Below are positions 1-15,634 of a stretch of 64,000 bases of DNA, piece by piece (position 1 is the first letter of the stretch; every line of letters starts with the position of its first letter). This stretch comes from Balanoglossus misakiensis (taxonomy: Eukaryota; Animalia; Hemichordata). The stretch is taken from assembly GCA_040954595.2 (NCBI GenBank), contig CM082581.2:8907878-8971877 (forward strand), written 5' to 3'. Both the position numbers and the translations under genes were made by a program. The notes beneath the pieces were generated by a model. The model was not told the DNA's origin. It worked only from the letters and a program-made list of their open reading frames with translations, and made no database searches.

Positions 1-3000
1 GGTAATAAGGTTCACGTACACATGTAGTTGCACTCAATTGTGAGACAATTCCAAATGCATGTCGTATGCAAAGGACGCCTGATTACCTGTAATCATTACA
101 CGGGTGGAAACATGGTGAAAGCACCGACCAAGGGAAGTCTAGTCATGTCACATTCATAAACGAAGTGCCCACGAAAGATTGTGTACAGAATGCACGACGC
201 GCAATCAAAAATATCATTGATGATCGTCAATTATTTATGTTTCCGTACCTACAGTATCGAATACCCTTCATTGAAATGATTAGTAGCTGAATCAAGTCAC
301 ATTGTAGTACATGTATCTACCTCGATGCCTTTCTGAGTACCTGAGGTTCTTTTCACTGATATACTGTTTATTTTATGCACTAAAAAATTCAAAATACGTC
401 CGCCTTTTGGGGAAATGGTTTTCAAAAGGGGATCTGAAAGTCATGTTTTTTTAGTCCAATGTATTGAACAACGTACCGCTAAGATTTGACTTCGTGAATT
501 GTAAACTATAAATTATTTAAAGAAAGGCTGATCCGATCCAACTGGGAGGGTCGGTCTTTTTTTGTTGAATCTTCGCGCTCTTTGGAAAGTCACTCCTTCA
601 AAGATAATTTGCTGCCGACTAAGTCTTGCCCATAGGAGACATGTCGCCTATAATAAGGCGCTCTTGAAGATGTCAGGAAAAATTAACTTCAAACTGTTTT
701 ACAAGACTGTTTACATTATAGATGAATGGCACGTGCTGTTGTTTTTTCGGTCCGAATTCACCGTGATTCGAGTTTGTAACCGAAGCGTCGATTCGAACCT
801 AACCAAAGTATGGCACGAGAACATGGCGATTTCATGTTTTTATTGACTGTGGCGTGAACTCAACAAATTGCAGGTCTAATTGCTATAGAGAGCCAATCTA
901 CTATAGACGTACGTGTAATTTTAAGTATGGTAGGCTAGCAAGTTCGTGTCAAGTTGTTTCTTATCAAGTATTGTGGCACACAGTCACTAGTCATTCTCAG
1001 TGAAGCTCCGCTGTAACACCAATAAAATAAAGTGCCGAGAATTGCACCCTACTTGTACCAAAACCACGTGATGTAAATTAACATAAACATGTTCAGAACT
1101 TCAATAAACTCGTCGGGTCTACAGCAGATTGATTAAAGTGTGTGGTGGTAGTGAAGCAAGGTGGTAAACGGCGATCATGTTTAATGCGTAGTACCGGATA
1201 TATGCAGGAGAAAACGACGCAGACAACGTGACGACGATTGGAAGACAATACCAATCACGTGATAGAGTAATGTTTTACACGATTTGTAAAATCAAGGTCG
1301 GACACCTTCTTGCTTACTTTTGCTTTTGCCGATTCTTTCAAAATGCTGTTTTAAAATCATAGTCACTGTGCATATACTGGATCTGCAAATCATATTCGAA
1401 ACAACCAAGACATCCAAGATTATCTAAATTTTCTCTTATGGATGCGATTATGGTTCCCTGTGCCTCTAATACTTCACGCTCTTCATCTTTGATATTAAAA
1501 CGAACGCATTACTTCTGTTTTCAATGACGTTTTTTTCGTGACCCTTTTTATTATATACCTCAGAAACGAGATGAGTTGCAGATCAGATGAACGAAGAAAA
1601 AATTACTTTTATTGGTTGTTTACAAAACCAACGTAGACAATTTGTTGCAGGTCACACTGAATGCAAAATATGCCGTGTCTATGGCTGAGTCATGGCGAGT
1701 ATTACGTGTACTGAGTTTCACTTAATATAACCGTCAATTGGTTATCAAATAGGCATGTCGTCTGGCGGGCGTCAGGCAAGGGGACAAAGTCTCCCGATAG
1801 TGTTTTTCAAAGTCTCGGTTTTGACGTAATCAATCACTGTTAACCCACGGTGGTGATGGATTGAGTCGTTTTCAGACTCTTCATACGGGTAATTGGTGGT
1901 AATTGGAAGGCAAGCCAAGAGTGTCTGAAGTTCACTCGGAGTTTGTGATCACTTCTTCATATTCTGGGCATGTCTATGTGAGTACATGGAAACGAATACG
2001 ACATGGCTGTAAGGTGGCGCCTGAAAAAATGTCAAGTTTTGCAGATGGATCAATGCATACAACCGTAGATATACAAGTTACAGAAGCAACTTAATTAATA
2101 TGCAGAACAAGGGTCATTGTCGTGATCCACTGTATACGTGATTTGCAAGTTACACACTACTGGTTGCTAAAGCACGTCTATGTCAGTTTCCGAATATTGC
2201 AATAAAGATCGGCAGAATGTGGCTCCGATCAGCCATTGTACACGAAGATCACTTGCGTAACAACGCCTACAGATATGCACACATTTATAAAAAAAAAACT
2301 TGCCAGCTACCGCAATGTTATTGTAAAACTGGGTGCTGTCATTACGTGGGTTGATAATTTACATAATAGTCAGCCAATGGTTAAAAGCCGGATTCTCCAC
2401 CACGGCCGAACGTCCATATTGGAAGCGTATACGCATTTTAACGACTACTATTAAGTATCCGCCATGTAAAAAATGACAGCACTGCGCACCTTGTGCAAAC
2501 TAAAGCCTAACCCATTAATTTATTCGCTTTCTTTTCGCCATTATCCATAAATCAATGTTGATATTGAGGTATTCACCATTAACGATAGAGAATTGTGTTT
2601 ATTTGGCCCTGCCATTGTAGTGACGAAAGTTTTCCGGTAACTCAAAGTAAATATTTGTCACACGTTGTCTTCGACTTGGGTGAAGACTGTTTTCAAATTG
2701 GTGAATTTAGTCAGCGGGTAATGTATGGCAACTGATTGCATGTCGTGGGATATGTAAAAATTCCCTCTTTACAAAACGTGCGTGGGTTGATGTCATCTTA
2801 CTCATGCGGAGACGAGGATGGATTTTGACAATGTCAACCGTTCACCGCCATCGGCTCACTCAGACGATATTCCCCAGGGTGCTGTCCTCCGCCGCGAGGA
2901 AAGCAAACAACCGTGTGTGCGGAATCGCTTACGTCCATACCACGGACTTCTAAATCCGTTGATGTTAATGTTAACTTTGCTTTTAGGGTAACATTAACGA

Positions 3001-6000
3001 TTCTTATCATCACCCCGCCGTCCTGATTGAGACTATTGTTGTCACTTGCCCGGAACTCACAGTCATGATGGTGGAATATTGGTGTGAATTAGTGGGGTGG
3101 TTGTTTAGGCCACGGTTACCGTGTCAACGTGGCACTGTGCCGAGAAATTAGCACTTCAAGTGAAACATACATGGACCGTGAAAGCCTGTATACAACATGA
3201 CATGTCAATTTGACATGATGTGCTGTAGTTGCGTGTCGAAAGGAAACATTATAGTAGCGCGGAACAGCTGAGTTGGCAAATCTGATGTCGGAAGCAGGTA
3301 CCAGCAGTAATTTGCTATGACTGGATACATCAGTGACCGCACTATAGTAACTTGACCTGTTTGTGTTCACACGATATAGTTCACATTGGCATCATATTGA
3401 CCTACACACTAAAAATTCCTTATGCAACACTGCATGATTGTGTGTCATAGATCTAGAATTACACTACGTGCCTATTTGACCATGTTACCTCTACGCGTGG
3501 CAATACAACGGACATCAAGCGCCCCTTTAGCAAAACCGTCACAATAATTGTCAATGGTTAAATTTACATACGGAATAATCATGTGACGGGCTCACCAACA
3601 AATGGCAATCAGCCCATCTTGATTCGCTTGTATCAAGTTGAATTCTAAGTGATCGGGTAATTGTGATAACACCTCTGGGTAATTCTTGAAGTCCCAGCAG
3701 GCCGGGGTAAATGGCAAACTAACTCGAGAGAGTCACCCAATGTAAACAAATGTGTCAAAGCTAAACTTTGAGAAAATAATGTACAAGTGTTGTTCAACAG
3801 TTGCGGTACGGTGCATGATACTGAATGACTGTTATGATGGAAATTGCGATTTAGAAACCCATTTCAGGCTTTTCATACAATGAGATAATATAATACCGTA
3901 CTATACAAAAATTCAACATTTTGCTGATACATGTATACAAACAACCAAAAGAGATAAAACTCCAAATCCTCGAAACGAAGTGAATGATGTCATGGGGTTG
4001 AGATTGAAATTTACGTGAATTAGAGCGGGTCTAATTACTGTGTACAGACCGCTGGTTGACAATTTGATTTATTGAAATTCCATGTCCATATACCAATCTT
4101 CAGACACGCGCGTACTTTGGCAAAGTTTTTGCCTCATTGCCATATATCAATTCCAACAGCACGCATCATCGAAACTGAATACGCACAAATCAAGAAAACG
4201 TAGAGACACTTCCAAGACTTAGTTTAGCTCATTTATGACCGGCGTAAATTAATTTATCGGTTATAAATATCACGATATATTAAAAAACAACAACAGACAG
4301 ACAGCTGAATATATCATCGAGATCATTGATCGAAAGCGATATGATACCGGAAAATGTGATCTACCTGGTACATGGAACATGGGATGGCATTACAAATTGG
4401 CCAGTCTGTATGTGAACAGCAATTTTACGCTAACTTTAACAGTTTGAAGTTTCATGACTAATTAAAGTGACTTGGATGGAGTAATTTACAGACCTTCTAC
4501 TGTGACATGGAACTCAACACGTAATGAAGGTTGCTAATATGTCAGCATTGTCGCCTTAGCGGCTGGCGAGTGCCAACGACCAGAGAATTCGAAAATTAGT
4601 TGAAAACAGCGATAAGTGGTGTCCTGGTAACTCAAAAAGCCGTCACCGGAGATGGTGTGCATGGTTGGTGCGAAAAAAAATCATTCACGGTGATGAGGAT
4701 ATTGATCCTTTGATCCCGTCACGGCAAGTATAGTTGCCCTTGGTTTCATCAGTGATTTTGAAATGACACAGAAACAGTGCAGCCTTATTGCTCACCCCAG
4801 ACACAGACGTATTTTCCCATCGCTAATAAGATAACAATATTGATCCCCTGTGCTTGATTCTTGCCGTGTAATTGAGGAAACCTCGGGGCTATGCTCTTGA
4901 CAACTCATCGGCCTTGTCCTACAAACCTTTGGCCCAAAGGCAGAAAGTCCAATAAGGTCAAGCAAAGATAGTGAGATGCTGCTCATTGCCGAATTTCTTC
5001 ATTGGGTAATGTAATACTGTAATTTTTTTCATTCAGAAATCAGAAATATCAAGAAATAATTATTTCGATTAAAAACAAAACAAATCTAACTCTGAGAAGG
5101 AAGATATTATATTTGATATTAACCCATGCATGATTCCTAACCATCACAGATCATTATTATGCTGTCCACACAATAGTAAACCCAATTCTATATTGTACAG
5201 ACTATTGTTAACATATTAAATGGTAAACAAATGACTTGTAAAATTAAAATAAAAGGGTTAACACAATATAGCAATTTAGCACAGTAAAATTAATACGATT
5301 TTGTCACGACTTCAGATCAGTTACTTAAAGGCAAAGATGACTTCACCGTAGTTTCTGGAAAATGATACTTTCGTCTGAGATTTCGCGCCATCAGCATGTT
5401 TTTTCTCTTTTAGATTTCGACGTTCATATTTTTAGAACAAATCTGCGCGAAGTTTGCCAAATGCCGTAGGTGGCTGACAAATTGACCTCGTTATTAAAGA
5501 AATTGATCAGTTGTGCGCAATGTGAAAATATGTTCCTGTTTAATAGAAAGCTGCGTGTGGCAAATCGACTGTTTACACATTGACACCGTTCGTATCTCAG
5601 GCGTGACGTGGTTAGAACCAAACTTATGCGATCATGTGTCGACCACCAATCGGCAGAGAACTGCGCAATGCGGAGGTCATCTCGGACACTTCCAACAATG
5701 ATAAACAACCAACTAAAATAACAAAACACAGGCTTTCTCTCTTTCTAGGAATTCAAACGATCTGGAAAGGACTATTGTATCTACTTAACCTCAGACGGAT
5801 TTATTCCAAGAGAGTCGCAAACATGGTAAAATAATCAGCGCTCTGGGGACACAACTGAGTCGGCGAAAGAAATTAGAGACAGTTTTCAGGTAAAGGCATC
5901 CTTAATGACTAGATTCCCATTCAGGTTGGCACGAACTTTATCTTAATACGATACATTCAAAACAACAGCGTCACCTGAGAATTGCTAAGAATAGGCAAAT

Positions 6001-9000
6001 CTTAATCCGATATTGTGAACTTTACCATGGATTAGAACCCTTACGCGTAATGTATGATAAAATGACCTGTCAAAATGGTGACGATCAGCGCATACAATTT
6101 CATAAATATTTTCGAGTTGATTAGTAAGCTTTAATATATATGATGAGTGTTTTTCAAGATGCATATGAAACTGGAGATCCCTGGACCCAATTCTCAGTGA
6201 CAGCCTTCTACAGATAATGATAATGCGTGGTACATGATAATCACATTTGACAAGACGATTCAAAGCATGTATGATCTCATTAAGTCTCTAGCCGATACTC
6301 GCTGCTTCGGCGTTACGACACGACGTGTGCTTTCTGCGTGGATTCATTATCTTGATCTGCGTGTCTCATTCGTTTTCCCGATAATATCATAATATAAAAT
6401 TATGTTACTATGGCGTAACTAAATGATCAATGTATTATCACTCTCGCGTTTGAACATACATTTCTATCGTTAAATTGTGTTCCACATGATTTTACATTAT
6501 CACAAGCTTCACGTGTCCTGCATCAGACCCTCTCCAAAACAAACTCGTCTAAACCAAAAAGCCAGCAGCTGTCAATCACAAAAATGACCGGAATTAACAT
6601 TTGTACTTTCCGCTGTGAACCACCAACACACTTCTGCAACGAGGGCCATGCATGCAGCTTTCACCTTTTACAAGACGGCGATAATGCGCATGAATCTCTG
6701 TCTCTGCTTGCTGTTACAGACAGTTGCCTGGAAGGAATGGGCGAAATCCGATCGTGGCGGTCGGGAATCGACGACATGTGGTTCAACACGTGACAGATCA
6801 GTCTATCATCAGTAAGAAACAAACAATTCCCCGGATGATGCTAATGAACGGGAAATGGTTACTGAAGCACCATTTGGGAGGGCTGACAAGGTCGGGTGTA
6901 CCCTCTAGTGGGGATTTAATACTGGCTCCGGTGAAAATAGATGTGCAGCAGCTTAAAAGACTCAACTTCCGCCGTATGAAAGTCCCGCCACAAACCATGC
7001 ATATCTGCGAGCAGGCATGTTAGAAAGACGTCGACAGACAGACGGAATAATATTTATGACGAAGAAAACAAATCAGTAAAACAACTATTTCAAGTCCTTT
7101 CACGGAATCTGAATAAAGATAGGTCATACTATAAAAGAGCTACTTAATCCCAGTGGGATTGACAGGAATTTCGCCGACTTCAAACAATATCAACTTGAAA
7201 TCTGCCTTTCGGTAAATACAACAATACTGCTCCCAGTAAAGCATAACCAGGGAGCATATCTACTCTGCAGGGTCAAAGGGTCTTGACATTGAAGAGTCTT
7301 GGGGATGTTTTCGCGACCACATTAGCATGTGGATTGACAGCAATTTCAAGTGCTAGACGATATTTTGAACTTATTTCGTAAACATTAGTTTCTGACCACA
7401 CATGAGCACTGCCACAAATCATGGAGTTAGAGAGATGTGATCTGTCGGTGATCTGTCATACTTGAAACTCATATTATGCACATGTCCAGAGGAAACTGAC
7501 ACTGTCCCTGCCGACATTCTCTTGCTTCCCTGTATTATTTATGTGTACTTATACATGACTATGGGCATCAATACATTACAGTGTTATAAACATTCATGAC
7601 GATCATTCACATGGGCGCTACATGCCAAGGAAAAACAACAATGTCAATATACAGAACAGTAACCCATTTTCAGTTGATTATACACTGTGGTGGAGAATCA
7701 ACATCTGATATACATCGCAAAGATTTTGGTTTCCCTTGTTGCTGTAAGTTTAACATTAATTGTGGGCACGTGAAAAACTGTTCACTCAAACTTAACTTAT
7801 GTACTTTATTCATGTATTCTATCGTTTACGATCAAAACATAAATCTGGATTCGTCAGCAGTACATGCAGCACAAAACAACACGACGCGACGCAACACAAC
7901 GCAACTTAAGGCAACACAAAAAAAACTGCATATGACCCACTATTTTCAACATGTAGCACAAGCAACTATTCAAACCTTTGTACAGTATAGGAGATTTACA
8001 TACACCTCGCAGCTAAGCAAAAAGAGTCGAATAGCAATGCCATTTAAGGTCAGGAGGGACTCTCCGCTTCGTGAGCCGTTAAAACGATGCCAACACGAAA
8101 CATTAAAAACATCAGCATCAACTGTGTTCCAGTGAGACCGATACACGAATGTTGTTTTGTGTCTGTCGACTTTCATTTTAGCGCCATTCCTAAGAACCAC
8201 ATGGCTATTTTGATTTTTTTAAATCGTCGAAATGAAAAGGGAACCCATCGAAGAACACTAGCAGACACAACTTTCTACGGAAGAAAAAAATCTCTAAACC
8301 CGAATGAACCATGATTAGACACCTTAAGACACGCAGTCTCCGTGGTTTCTATGGTAATATCCTGTTTATATAATAATGTGCTTTGTACTATATTCTATTT
8401 TAAAACCGTGTTTCACTCTCTGCACCACCTGTTAGACCGCAATTCCGACATTTCCAATGCAAAACTCATTACTCGTCCGTTTCAATAACCTCGACTGAAC
8501 ATTTACACCGGAAATTGATTTTAGAGGCACCAAAGCATCTATTTTAGTAAATAATTAGGCCTTTGGGCTTTGGTAAGGTTCTAACCGCTAAACACACCAA
8601 CTCATCTCAATTATCGATCTGAGAACAGCTTGTCAAACCTTTTGTTCATTGTCGTTTTTTTCACGACGGTGACCCTACAGCCAGCATTGGCAAAATGTAT
8701 AAAACTCAACAGATATTTCACTGATACAGAGGAATATTGAATATGAATATATCGAATATTTTCCTTTTGCTTTGTATTGACAAAACATCCATCCATCCAC
8801 CCATCTATTCATTCATACGTTGTCTCATTCACTAATTCCTTCATTCATATGTATGACGGAAAGCAGACAACCTTAAGATGGGCCTAAATTACTGTTAATG
8901 TTAGTGTGAAAAATACATCTGTCTTCGACGCCAAAATTGTTAGGCGGGGTGGAAGGGGGCTTATGACTAAAAATAACAAAGTTGCAGTTAGCATTTAAAA

Positions 9001-11712
9001 CTCACCTATGTGGTTCAAATTTTCGGTAGGACCCAAACTTTCATTTGTTAAACTGAAAAAAAAACAACAACATCAAATTGAAATTAGTCTGATGGCCTAC
9101 ATGATTTTTTAATCACTGGTATAGGTAGCTGATCCAGGTAATAAGAACATGAGATGTGATTAATATGTTAGCTGGAGGTGATAGTTACTCTATAACCACC
9201 CATCAATGGTCAAAGTCAGACAAAATAGTATCAATAAGAAGTATAATAATTTTGGAACAATATGAATGCGTTAACATCCACGAGTGCGCATCTTGATCCA
9301 AAGTTGTCAAGAGCATCTCTGCTCAGCAATAGTGAGCACATGTTTCAAAACATTTAGCCCTGCTTTCAGGGTTTTACTTCAACCTTCCGTAATCAGTGAA
9401 ATAATCATGGTATTTCGTGCGTTGTTTCCATCTCATTTGGCCACAATCTGGCTGCGTCGTAAAATGACGAAAAATCAGCATTGTGCAGAGAAAGAACCTG
9501 ATGGCAGCCATTCTAGATATCAGGAAAGGTTTGTCAAATTTGTAAACAAACTGGGAGGCAGCCATTATTTTAGTTTAATACTAACACAGAGAAAACATAA
9601 CTCTGTGACACTCATAACAGTAGTATATACTTGAACATCTAAGTCGTAAAAAAATTCTAACATAGTTTGCTAAAGGCAACTTTGTCCCCAAGGCGCGTAC
9701 TACCTAAAGACATGGCAAGTGACAAATCAGAGCAAGAGGTAACGTCTGTGCATTTACATTTTAATAGAAGGACAGCAAGTGTTTGTTACATCACACAGCT
9801 ACTAATGGGTCTACAGCTGCAGATGTGTAAATTGTTCATTTCTTTTGAGAAAGTTTCAATGGGTGTCTCCAAGGTGTCTTCTTACTGTGGGACACAGCTG
9901 TCTTAATAAAGTGTTCCCCATAACGTGTCACACTATCGTCATATAGACCTATTTATATTCCCGTTTGCCCCTGGAGTGAAATGTTTTTGATGAAGGACAA
10001 GCAGGTGACGAAGCAATTCCGAAGGCAACTGATGTTAAAATCACTTCCATCATCAGTCGATATGTGAATAGTTTAATTCCCTGTGCTACTGCGACTATTT
10101 CAAAATTTTTCTGTTGTTGTACATTGTATGATAGCAGTACATGTACATGCTCGCTTGACGTATTCCTCGAGTTGGCGGTTTTCATAGAGGAGCTTGTGAG
10201 ATGACTTTGAAGGGAAAGTAAGTGTTAGGCTACGCCATTATCTGACTGCTGTGATCTGAACTGTATTCAACAAATGATGTCAGTGAAAATTGCTCGTACT
10301 CATAAATTATACGTCGATCGATACCTATTACAACATTGTTCAACATGATTGATTTGATGGGAAAGCGCGGCAGACTATTTTATTGATGAGGTCAACGCAA
10401 ACACCTATGACGTAATACAACCAAACGTACACGTAATCAATGATGATCGCTGGTTGAAAGTAAGAATGCAAGTGACAGACATTCAATGTGATTCACACGT
10501 GATGACCCAGATAATACCTCACTGATTTTCCATCCATCAATGTGGTTTCCATGAACTTCTTATCACTTCTGGTAAAAAGTACAGCCTTAAACCCTTAATT
10601 TGAGTAAAAACTTCTAATTTGCAGAGTTTTAACGCTGTAAGTAAAAAATGATCCGCCTAACAGCATTGAACTCTGCGTCATGTCATGAAAAGAGCATTTC
10701 CGGAGATCGTTTACAGTTACCATGGTAACAACCAATTTAATTGGTCCAAACATAGCTATTCCTGGAAGGCATTTAACCGGACAAGCCGGGGATGAATCTT
10801 CAATTTCATCATATTCAGCACTAATTCAAGATCCGTAGCTGGTAGCTATGTGGTATACATTATGAAAGTTGTCAATGCCCGAAACTGTTGGAAAACCAGA
10901 AAAAAATTTCATAACCCTGTTCTTGCAGACTAGACAAACTGCATAATATAACTTAATATTAATTACATTATCAATGGACACCTTTACAGATCAAAACACT
11001 GACTTATTTTATAGCTACATCACAGGTCGCCTTGATTGACCGTGGAAATTTTTTTTTAGTCATCCACTGTCATAGAACACCTCCCTGTTATAGGAATACC
11101 TACATCACATGCGGTGAGCATAAAATTCACTTTCTATTTGGAAATCATTGGTGATTTAATATGATGGGTGTGACATGAGATACGAAGAATGTATTACATT
11201 TCAATCCATGCTGCCTAGTTTGTATCCATTATCTAATTCATATTTCACAACTCTTGAAACTTAAGACAAACAGGATGTCACTTTCGCGGTAAACAATGAG
11301 ATTTGTTAGGACAATAATATTTTCTGCAACATGCAACGTAATGTCACTTTGCCCAATTTGTGTATATATTTTCCAAAGGCATTACATATCATGACGTCGT
11401 CACAGGAAAGATGTTGATCATTTAGAGTTTGATTCGGAAGAAGAATGTGCACACATGAGGAAAGAGAGGATGTTGGCGTAGGAAATAATTGCACCGATGA
11501 GGATAATGTGCTCTAAACTGCGCATGTTTTAAGCGAACTCCGGTGTACGGAAAGTAAAAACACTTTTTATCGGCACAGATTTGTCCACATCCTGTAATTG
11601 TCAGGAATAATGGCCCTTTCAATTGTCGATGTTATCTTCTGGTACAGATGCAAACCCAGATCAACTCCATCAGAGAAGTCATGGCTGCACATTTTTGAGT
11701 ACAGCTATGCAG

Positions 11713-11780
11713 GTTGCCTAGAACCTAGCCGTATTAGTTTTGGAAGCAAAGCGGACAAAATACGACTAGATACTAGGCTA
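11713..11780. mobile_element. Second copy (opposite orientation) of the micro-MITE family
   Basis: Flanked by the direct repeat ctatgcag. Its reverse complement (ctagtatctagtcgtattttgtccgctttgcttcc) aligns with the 44-kb copy (ctagtatctagccatattttttttccactttgcttcc). Confidence 0.78.
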
Positions 11781-13382
11781 CTATGCAGACAGGCTATGTA
11801 TGTTCATCTCATTTATAGCACGATTGAGAGAGAAAGCCGATAGATTCTTGTGAGACAAAAACTAATATCGGTTGATCAAAAAGACTCGCACATAAACTAG
11901 CTAGGTTATAAAACAGTTTTAAAACGATAGAAGCGTTAAATTTCATACAAACGTGATTGATGGATATTTTTCATTTTCACACATGACTGGTACGACGTTT
12001 TACACAATAATGTATTTTTCCTCCGGAGGGTGGTGAATGATTTCTGTTGATGGATCATAATTCCCAGGTAACAGAAGACGCTGTCTTATTGATTTATGGA
12101 AAAGTTGTCTGCCAGAAAAAGTGTAAATGCCAGAATACATTTCAGATCTATATTTGCCAACTCTTTTAACATGTAGCTACTGTTATATCAATATTCTGAA
12201 CGCGTCATAAATGTATACTTCAAGCATCTTTAAAAATGATAAAGTCGCGTTATTTTTGTCACCAAGTTCTTGCCCACGAACAAGGAATAGCAAATTAGAT
12301 CAAGGCTGATATATCATGGTACACAATTTCCGCTGGTACTTATATGAAAGCAGGACAAAGCCACAAAGCAGAAATAAAAATGAATGTAATAATTCACCAA
12401 AAATAGTAAATATTTGCAGTATTGTTTACTTTTTAAGACAATGAGTGACATGCACTTCTTGCTTGCATATGTTACATGCTACAAACACAACATTTTGATC
12501 ATTTTCAGTCAGTGAACTTGTATCTGATATGCAATTGCCATACTAGACAACCCTGGTTCTTGTGTGAGTGTGTGAGAAACTATTGATGCTCTCCATTCAG
12601 TAATTACTCTACTCAACACGGATATACACTGACATATTGGAAAGGTTTTAGCCATCAATTGCAATGTCTCATGCAATCAAAACTGCACAACGTACAGAAA
12701 AGGGTCACATTACACTAACCTCAGACAGAATGGGTCAAAACTACCTGTACTACAGTCAGAATATAAAGTAGAGTAACAGAGATCATAACAACGTCAATGT
12801 GGAGTGACGTGAACAAAAACCAACAACAAAGGAAATGTGGAACTTTTGATAACAATCTGTGGCTGAGAAAATTACCTAGATTCTGCAGCCTTATTTTTCA
12901 GAAATAGTATTTCGCTCCAGGGTGCCCAGTTCAATAACGCGAATCAGAGAGTCTGTGTGGAAGAGCGATCTATACTTCACATGCGTCACTCCCTCTAACA
13001 TGTTGACATGCATCCACTGAAGACGCCTTCGATCAATTTCAAAATTGATTCTAATTAGACTGAATATTTCTTTAGCAGAACTTTCTTCAGGAGAAGAAGG
13101 TGTAATGTGCGCGAACACCTTGATAGAACCGATTGAATATACCTCACCAATGAAAGATTTCACCAATGACAAATTGCTGGCCAATTACATTTGCCATCAA
13201 TTTTCTTTTGCAGAGAATCAAGAAAATGATACAGATACCCAATTGCCAGAAAAAATGACATTGAATAAATCGTAGACTGAAAAGTTTAGTCTCAATGCCA
13301 AATATGAGGAATTTGAAAGTTAAATGTTGGTTTGAAATGACAGGCACTCCTAACAGTGTTACCGGTAATAAAGATTGGTAGT

Positions 13383-13416
13383 GACAATGATGATGATGAC
13401 AATGATTATGATGATG
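13383..13416. repeat. Short degenerate (GAT)n tract
   Basis: gacaatgatgatgatgacaatgattatgatgatg. Confidence 0.7.
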
Positions 13417-15141
13417 TCCTCTTGCACAGACAATATCAATGATGATTGAACCCTGACACACTAACTTGAGAGACCAGTCCGCATCTTGGTAATTAATGTA
13501 AACATTAAAACGAAACGGTACGACAGTTTAACGCTATGAAATTATTTCTGTGTATTGGACTGTCGACATGTGAAGAAGTGTTAATTTGAAAGTATCCTTC
13601 CTGATTAGGTCTCCTGCTTACTCTGCTGTGACTTATCAAAGTCTTCTCTCGCTTCCCTAATATTAATTGATTTTGAAAGTGAATCCAAGACGGATGTCAA
13701 CCGAAAACAGTTTCAGGCGTAACCCAACGCCGCATCTACTTGCCACAGACAAAATCAGCCATCTCTCTTGGGGAGATATAGTCTTATTATCGCAGAAGAT
13801 GGTAATTGAAAGAGATAGCTTCAAGTCGCGAACCGAGTTCTTTAATTTAAATACTCTATTTGAGACAGAAATAAAGTGATCTTTTTCACGGCGAGATTCC
13901 TTCTTCGGAGCCGTACCAGAATGTGTTTTGTGGTAAAGATGTTCTATTCCCTTAGGCAATCGGTTATCCATCTGAAGAAGTGTAAAAGTGCTGAATTAAC
14001 TGGTATGCACTGAGCTATATAGCCATCCAGGCTGAGTAATTGAGATCCAGAAATATACGAAAAGTAGGTATCGTCTATCTTGTCAGCTCAGCATGCCATT
14101 ACACGATAAAAGGTCGTTTCAGTTCACACGGTTTCCCCATGTGAACTGCTGTGGCAAAGAGAAAAGTTAACAAATCTGTCCGCTCTGCATCTATATGAAA
14201 AGAAATGAATGGCTGCACAATCTGTCGGAATGGATATGCATGAGACGTACGTTTGGGAGAAAAGTTGGATGTCTCTAAGATGAAAGTTTCTCCTCATTTG
14301 GAGATTTGTTCCTTACAGAAAATAAAATCAGCACAACGACAAGCCAATTATGGCATCTGCAATGTTTTGTTTCCACAATTGGGATTACAAGATGTTAACC
14401 CATTTTTTGAAGAATTCCAAAACTTCTGGGTCTCCCATGGTTGAAACATAGGCTCAGCAAGCCACCCTCCAGGGCAGAAGTTTGCAATGGCACAGACGTG
14501 AAAAAGTCGAAACAGTGTGGGAAAGTGTGAAAACCAGGATCAACATCACTCCCCATGAGACCAAGATGCTCAGCAGTCTATGCTTTGTTGACAAATGAAT
14601 ATCTGACCAAGATGTACATGGCCACTGAAGCAATTTTAGACTCCAATTTTGTTTTTCCTAGCTCATTGTGAAACGTGACACCGGTGTAATATCATGTTGA
14701 TATACGTAGTCTTTTAATAAGTTACGACGGAAATATTTCTTCTGTCTATATTAGCAGCGCCCTATGACTTCTACTATTTTGTCATACCTCTTTGCTAGGG
14801 GAGAGGGGGGAGGAAGGGACAGAGGGTTGAGGGAGCGAAGAAAGCAAATTATTTTAAAGGCACAATATTTACTGTCAGTAGTGTAATTCTATCTGAAGAC
14901 AAAAAATAATATCCTTCAAAACATAAACAGACTAACAGCAAATGTTTCCATGTGTTGGATTGGAGATGTACTGCGTGATCCAGTAACCATGACAACATGA
15001 CATATCAGCTGTCCCAGTCTCTGAACACAGAAGACTGCATTAAGCAGAGATGAGTTGTTGGTCCACACAGTTGTGCTATCACCATTTGGATAAACGTGTT
15101 GGTATGTGCCCCAGAGATTACCCTTTATGTTATGAGGATTA

Positions 15142-15634
15142 GGGATGGACCATTTGATTACCTGGGGGGGGGGGGGAGGGGATCATGAGGATTTTTTAAA
15201 TAAAAGTCTCCAAGGGGACACCCTTGAAAAACTCGCCACATTGAAAATTGGTTTATAAAAAAAATATCAAGCAGAGGGATTTCATAAATCATAATTATAT
15301 AAAAATCAGGAAATGACAATATTCCAACTTTTGAGTAGTATCTACCTTGATCCAAGCTGATCCCAGCTGACAGAGCAAAAATAGCTTCTGCATGGGCAAA
15401 CTTCTCAGACGAAACCCACCAATGTACAAGTCTTTCACAAATCCAGGTTCTATAATAAGGGATTAAAAACACACAAAAAAGAAATTGTAGTGTTTTAAAA
15501 TAGGTAAGAGTAAGCTGAGGGGAAAGTTTGCATGAAAAAAGCTGCCAAAATTCATAGGTTTAAAAAAAGATTTGTAGGAGATGCTGGATCAGAAAATCTT
15601 CCCGACCCCCCGAGGACATGAAATGGTCCACTCC
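15142..15634. mobile_element. MITE with TTA target duplication (PIF/Harbinger, Tourist-like)
   Basis: tta-gggatggaccatttga..(G-run) and (C-run)..tgaaatggtccactcc-tta are imperfect TIRs around an A-rich interior. Confidence 0.72.

Noticed and set aside
530-565. Hairpin plus T-run resembling a rho-independent terminator
   Set aside because: Eukaryotic context and an imperfect stem. More likely a repeat remnant or chance.
1781-1793. 13-bp match (gggacaaagtctc) to the TIR of the 54.2-kb MITE
   Set aside because: No partner TIR or TTAA target was found. Too short to call.
7596-8135. 179-aa ORF in the left desert
   Set aside because: No domain, includes a degenerate simple repeat, and has no supporting splice sites.
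13663-13971. ATG-initiated 102-aa minus-strand ORF downstream of RBM41
   Set aside because: No recognisable homology or exon structure, and the length is within chance expectation.
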